DNA of 64,000 nucleotides from an uncultured Bacilli bacterium (GTDB lineage Bacteria > Bacillota_I > Bacilli_A > RF39 > UBA660), in NCBI GenBank assembly GCA_910588195.1, contig CAJUPN010000002.1, forward strand, positions 130,375-194,374, read 5' to 3'. Shown here piece by piece: positions 59,928 to 64,000 of the stretch (position 1 is the first letter of the stretch; each line of letters opens with the position of its first letter). Below the pieces are notes generated by a model. That model searched no databases, was not told the DNA's origin, and was given only the letters and a program-made list of their open reading frames with translations. Made by a program: the position numbers and the translations under genes.

Positions 59928-61835
59928 TTACTTTTCAAACAAAATATTCGATATTTCTCTACTTAGACGACTATTTATCGGATATTTATAATTATTTGTA
60001 CTATTACTATATGCAAGATTAGGAGAAACAATAACTAAAGAGTATAATGGATCATCATATGGAGCATACATTATAAAATTCCTTGAAGTTGTTGGAATAC
60101 TATTATAGAAAGTTTCACTTGTTCCCGTTTTACCCGCTGCCTTAATCGACTTATCTACATAATTTGAAGCTGTACCAGATGCAATTACTTTTCGAAGACC
60201 AGCTTGAACTCTTTTTAAATCATCTTTAGAAATTCCCACTTCATTTAACTCCTGTGGATCATTTAATTCAACCCTGTTTCCTTCTCCATCAATAGCATAA
60301 TCAACGATTCTAATTTTATTTCGAATGCCATCATTAGCTAAAGTATTAATATAACTAGATAACATCAAAGGAGTGTATGTATCATATTGCCCTATGACAT
60401 AATTAAGTAATAAATCTCCACTAATACGCGACCCAACTATACCGTACTTTTCTTCATATAAATCAATTCCTGATAAACTTCCTAAACCATAAGAATTAAA
60501 AACATTTCGATATTTAGAAAAATCATCCATTGTTGGTTTAAAATTCATATTATAAGAGTAAGTTTGACCTGATACTTTAATAGCATTAATAAACTGATAA
60601 TAATTTGAAGATTGAGCTATTGCATCAATATCATCTATTAATCCAAGTTTTGTCCAGGAACATTTACTTGGCATATTTTTAAGTTTAACACAAGAATCAA
60701 GTATTTTTTTATCTTTATCAATTGCACCATTTATAAAGGCAACACTTTGGCTTGCTCCTTTAACAACAGATCCAACAGTAAAGGACTTAGTAAATGTCCC
60801 AACTACATCACTAGAATAATTATTATTAACATCATATCCAGCAATTGCCCTTAAAAGCCCATTATTAGGATCACTAACAATAACATAACTACCATTATAA
60901 TATTTACTACTTGGATATTTCTTAGCATTCTCTATTTCTTTTTTTAAAATACTCTCAATCTCTAACTGCGTATTAATATCTATTCCCAAAACTAAATCAA
61001 GACCTCTTTTTTCTGGTTCTACAAGTTCTAAATTACCATTTATTACTTGATATACCGCTTTTTCCCCTGTTAGATATTCTTCGTAAAACTTTTCTAAAAA
61101 GCTTACACCAACAGTATCATCCAAACTATATCCCTTACTTAAATAATCATTTACATCATCTTCCTCTATAGCACCAATCGACCCAAATATTTGATTTAAA
61201 ACGGTATCATAATTATAATTTCTTATCCACTTTAAAGTAACTTTTAAATCATTACTATTAAGAGCATTAATTTTAACAAGTTCTTCCTCAGTAATATCTG
61301 TTTTTATTATTTTCTCACCAAAGCTATAACCACTAATCATCTGTTTATATAAATAACATTCCTTTTCGTTAATATTCTTTAGTTCCTCATCTCTAATAAA
61401 AGTAAACTTATATTCTTCTAACTCTCTATCACTAATTTGCTTCATTTTATATTTTTCTAAAATATTTTTATCTAAAATTGAATCAATATCTTTTTTATGA
61501 AGAAAATAATAATACTTTTTCTTGTCGGTGTCAGTTAAAGATATACTTTTTAAATCTAAAATTTCAGCTAAAGACTCACATAAAAATTTAATATCACTTT
61601 TACTATTTTTCTTAAAACTCAAAACCTTTATTCCTTTATTATCAACTAAAACACGTCCTTTAGCATCCAAAATTCTTCCCCTAGGAGCACTAGCTCCATA
61701 AACATAATTGTTTAAAATACTATTACTCTCATTTTTATAATGTTCATGTTTCAAAATACCAATATCAAAAAGTCTTATTGCTACAATAAGATTAATAAGT
61801 AAAATAAAAACTTTTAATAAATTCTCTTTTCTCAT
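59928..61835 (-). CDS. Class B penicillin-binding protein (PBP2/SpoVD-like transpeptidase)
   Basis: N-terminal TM anchor, dimerisation domain, and transpeptidase motifs SVVK (SxxK) and KTGTSE (KTG). Confidence 0.85.
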   Translation of the reverse strand: MRKENLLKVFILLINLIVAIRLFDIGILKHEHYKNESNSILNNYVYGASAPRGRILDAKGRVLVDNKGIKVLSFKKNSKSDIKFLCESLAEILDLKSISLTDTDKKKYYYFLHKKDIDSILDKNILEKYKMKQISDRELEEYKFTFIRDEELKNINEKECYLYKQMISGYSFGEKIIKTDITEEELVKINALNSNDLKVTLKWIRNYNYDTVLNQIFGSIGAIEEDDVNDYLSKGYSLDDTVGVSFLEKFYEEYLTGEKAVYQVINGNLELVEPEKRGLDLVLGIDINTQLEIESILKKEIENAKKYPSSKYYNGSYVIVSDPNNGLLRAIAGYDVNNNYSSDVVGTFTKSFTVGSVVKGASQSVAFINGAIDKDKKILDSCVKLKNMPSKCSWTKLGLIDDIDAIAQSSNYYQFINAIKVSGQTYSYNMNFKPTMDDFSKYRNVFNSYGLGSLSGIDLYEEKYGIVGSRISGDLLLNYVIGQYDTYTPLMLSSYINTLANDGIRNKIRIVDYAIDGEGNRVELNDPQELNEVGISKDDLKRVQAGLRKVIASGTASNYVDKSIKAAGKTGTSETFYNSIPTTSRNFIMYAPYDDPLYSLVIVSPNLAYSNSTNNYKYPINSRLSREISNILFEK

Positions 61836-61885
61836 ATTAATATTATTAGTAATTAATCATAAAATATAATAGATATGGAGGAATT

Positions 61886-62140
61886 ATGTTAAATGTTGTT
61901 AAAAACTATATAAGTATAATGCGAAAGGAGGATATATTAAAGTTCGCAAAGAAAAACAATTTACAAGTTTCTGAAAACGAATTAGATTTTCTCTACACAT
62001 TCATAAAAAATAACTACGAATACTATTTAAAGAATCCCAACCTACTTGATATAAGCAAATACAAAGACAAATTCAGCAGTGAAAATTATATTTTCTTAAA
62101 CAATTTAGTAAACAAATATAAAAGGATGATTATTAATTAA
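61886..62140 (+). CDS. hypothetical protein (84 aa)
   Basis: ORF with RBS GGAGGAA. No recognisable motifs. Confidence 0.4.
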   Translation: MLNVVKNYISIMRKEDILKFAKKNNLQVSENELDFLYTFIKNNYEYYLKNPNLLDISKYKDKFSSENYIFLNNLVNKYKRMIIN

Positions 62141-62145
62141 TCATC

Positions 62146-62652
62146 CTAATTTATTATAATCTCTTCATCTTCTGATTCGTCATTATCATTAAAGTCTGAT
62201 AGCTCATCATTACTATCTTCAAACTTTTCAATAACAGCTTCCTTATATTCGTTATAATATCCCTTATAACTAGCGTGAACCATTACCTCTTTATTTCTTA
62301 AAAAACCAAAACTAAGTTCTCCTACAACGCTTATATAACTATCATAAACTGTGAGCAAATAATAATCATCTACTTGTGTCAATGAGAAATCATCCTCTGT
62401 TATATCATATTCTTCAAAGACTTTCTTAGCGTATATCTTCATTTCTTCAAGACCTTCTAAACCCTCACGATTTAAAACATCACTCATAACTGAATAAGTA
62501 GTTTTTTCTACTTGTTTTTGTTTGTAAAAATTAGCACAAAAATCATAAAGATAAAAAAGTATTATTGCTCCAATTGGAATAAATAATAAAAATATTGTCC
62601 CACTTGAATACATTTTTCTTTTTCCATAAACATCTACTGACATATTCATCAC
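62146..62652 (-). CDS. hypothetical membrane-anchored protein with an acidic C-terminus (168 aa)
   Basis: N-terminal TM (IFLLFIPIGAIILFYLY). C-terminal DE-rich tail. Confidence 0.45.
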   Translation of the reverse strand: MMNMSVDVYGKRKMYSSGTIFLLFIPIGAIILFYLYDFCANFYKQKQVEKTTYSVMSDVLNREGLEGLEEMKIYAKKVFEEYDITEDDFSLTQVDDYYLLTVYDSYISVVGELSFGFLRNKEVMVHASYKGYYNEYKEAVIEKFEDSNDELSDFNDNDESEDEEIIIN

Positions 62653-62693
62653 TATCCTAAGTCAATTTTATAATAAATTAAAGATATTAGCAA

Positions 62694-64000
62694 TTATTTA
62701 TTCATAAAATCAGTCAAGTATTTGCAAATATTTTCTGCTACATTTAAAGGTACAACTTCAGCAATCTCTTGAACAGTAGCCTCACTCATCTTTTTAACAC
62801 TACCAAATCTTTTTATTAAATCTTTCTTTCTTACCTCTCCAATACCTTCAATATTATCTAAAATTGAAGAAATTGAACCTTTACTTCTTAAAGTTCGATG
62901 ATAATTAATGGTATATCTGTGAACTTCATCCTGAATACGTGTTAAATAGTGAAAAACATTACTTGTTCTATCAATTGGTATTAATTCCATTGTATCTCCA
63001 TCTAATAAATCATTAGTTCTATGCTTATCATTTTTAACCATTCCACAAACCTTTATTTTTTTATCTAAACCTAACGATTCTAAAGTCTCTTTTATCGCAT
63101 TAACTTGTGTAATTCCCCCATCTGCTAATATTAGTTCTGGCAACTCAGATTCCTCTACTAAAGCTCGATAATATCGTCTATAAGTTACTTCTTTCATCGT
63201 ATGATAATCATCATTAATATCTACAGAAACCTTATATTTACGATAATCATTTTTACTTGGCTGGCCATTTTTATAAACAACCATCCCTGAAACAGCAAAA
63301 GAACCAAACAAATTTGAATTATCAAAAGAATCTATTCGATGAATCTTCATATTAAGTAACTCCTCTAATTCTTCATTAGCACCACTTGTACGCATAATCT
63401 GGCGACTAATTGTCTCAAAATTGTTTTTAAGACTAATTCGAGCATTATCTAAAGCTAAATCTAAAAGTTTCTTTTTACTTCCTTTTGTAACAGTTATAAC
63501 CTTAGTATTTAAAAGATTACTTAAAATTTCTAGATTTAATTCAGCTGTTGTAATAATTTCTTTAGGTATTTCATTTTTGGAATAAAATTGTCCAATATAA
63601 GTTTCAATGTCGTCAATATAATCATCACTTACTGGCATAATATTATTTTTTTGTCCAACAAGTTTTCCATTACGGATAAAAAATAATTCAATAGAAATAA
63701 AACCATTTTCAAAATAATAATTAACAACATCGCGATTAACTAAATCATGCAATTCAACTTTTTGTCTTTCCATAACAATCTTCACATTATCAAGTTCTTG
63801 TTTTAATTCAAGAGCAACCTCATAATTCATGTTATTAGAGTGCATTTCAATCAACGACATTAACTTATTTATTAATATTTCATCATTACCATTAAGGATA
63901 CTTAAAATCTCTTTTTCCATAGCATCAACATGATTATTATCTATCTTTTTAACACAGTAACCTAAACACTCATGGATATGATAATAAAGACAAACTTCTT
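62694..64000 (-). CDS. uvrC: Excinuclease ABC subunit C, C-terminal two-thirds. The N-terminus lies beyond the window edge.
   Basis: UvrC RNase H-like domain and C-terminal (HhH)2 (GIGEVRKKDLIKRFGSVKKMSEATVQEIAEV). The frame stays open upstream to position 64000 with no stop. Confidence 0.85.
   Translation of the reverse strand, partial: EVCLYYHIHECLGYCVKKIDNNHVDAMEKEILSILNGNDEILINKLMSLIEMHSNNMNYEVALELKQELDNVKIVMERQKVELHDLVNRDVVNYYFENGFISIELFFIRNGKLVGQKNNIMPVSDDYIDDIETYIGQFYSKNEIPKEIITTAELNLEILSNLLNTKVITVTKGSKKKLLDLALDNARISLKNNFETISRQIMRTSGANEELEELLNMKIHRIDSFDNSNLFGSFAVSGMVVYKNGQPSKNDYRKYKVSVDINDDYHTMKEVTYRRYYRALVEESELPELILADGGITQVNAIKETLESLGLDKKIKVCGMVKNDKHRTNDLLDGDTMELIPIDRTSNVFHYLTRIQDEVHRYTINYHRTLRSKGSISSILDNIEGIGEVRKKDLIKRFGSVKKMSEATVQEIAEVVPLNVAENICKYLTDFMNK

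Noticed and set aside
1-64000. CRISPR arrays, rRNA/tRNA genes, transposases and prophage genes
   Set aside because: No short direct-repeat/spacer periodicity, no GC-rich tRNA-like cloverleaf segments in the intergenic regions, and no transposase or phage structural motifs were seen in any frame.

Overview
This is a 64 kb window from a very AT-rich, low-GC Firmicute (Bacillota) chromosome that uses the standard genetic code (TGA is a stop). Almost all genes lie on the + strand up to about 57.2 kb and on the - strand after about 58.0 kb. The switch occurs at an 800 bp gene-free, extremely AT-rich convergent gap that contains a near-consensus Firmicutes dif site at 57490-57517, so the window probably spans the replication terminus. 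A xerC/xerD-type recombinase gene lies 3.3 kb away. The backbone is housekeeping and syntenic with the Bacillus subtilis yqe/yqf region: nfo, dnaG-sigA, trmK, lepA-hemW, rpsU-yqeY-yqfC-yqfD, ybeY-era-(yqzL-like micro-ORF)-recO. Alongside these are a ParC/GyrA C-terminus, frr, mnmA, alaS-like, pdp, gpsA, rarA, zupT, efp, rpmG, a class B PBP and a uvrC fragment. YqfC/YqfD and a SpoIIM-like protein suggest a spore-former. Several poorly characterised insertions are interleaved: (1) an orphan pair of type IV prepilin-like genes, one a 677 aa giant with cadherin-like repeats and a C-terminal membrane anchor; (2) an rnfC-like/rnfD-like two-gene module abutting nfo; (3) a ClpX-like AAA+ unfoldase without a zinc finger or IGF loop, apparently co-transcribed with two flavoproteins and lepA; (4) a 41.6-50.3 kb stretch between pdp and a ThiF/TcdA-like gene that holds a HerA-like ATPase, a 289 aa unknown, a promoter-to-terminator structured small RNA (about 170 nt, ends paired in a 14 bp helix), a MoxR-family AAA+ ATPase, a 953 aa two-TM protein and a 571 aa lipoprotein. 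No rRNA, tRNA, CRISPR array, transposase or prophage genes were seen. Every functional call is by eye from motifs and synteny, and none has been checked by a database search.
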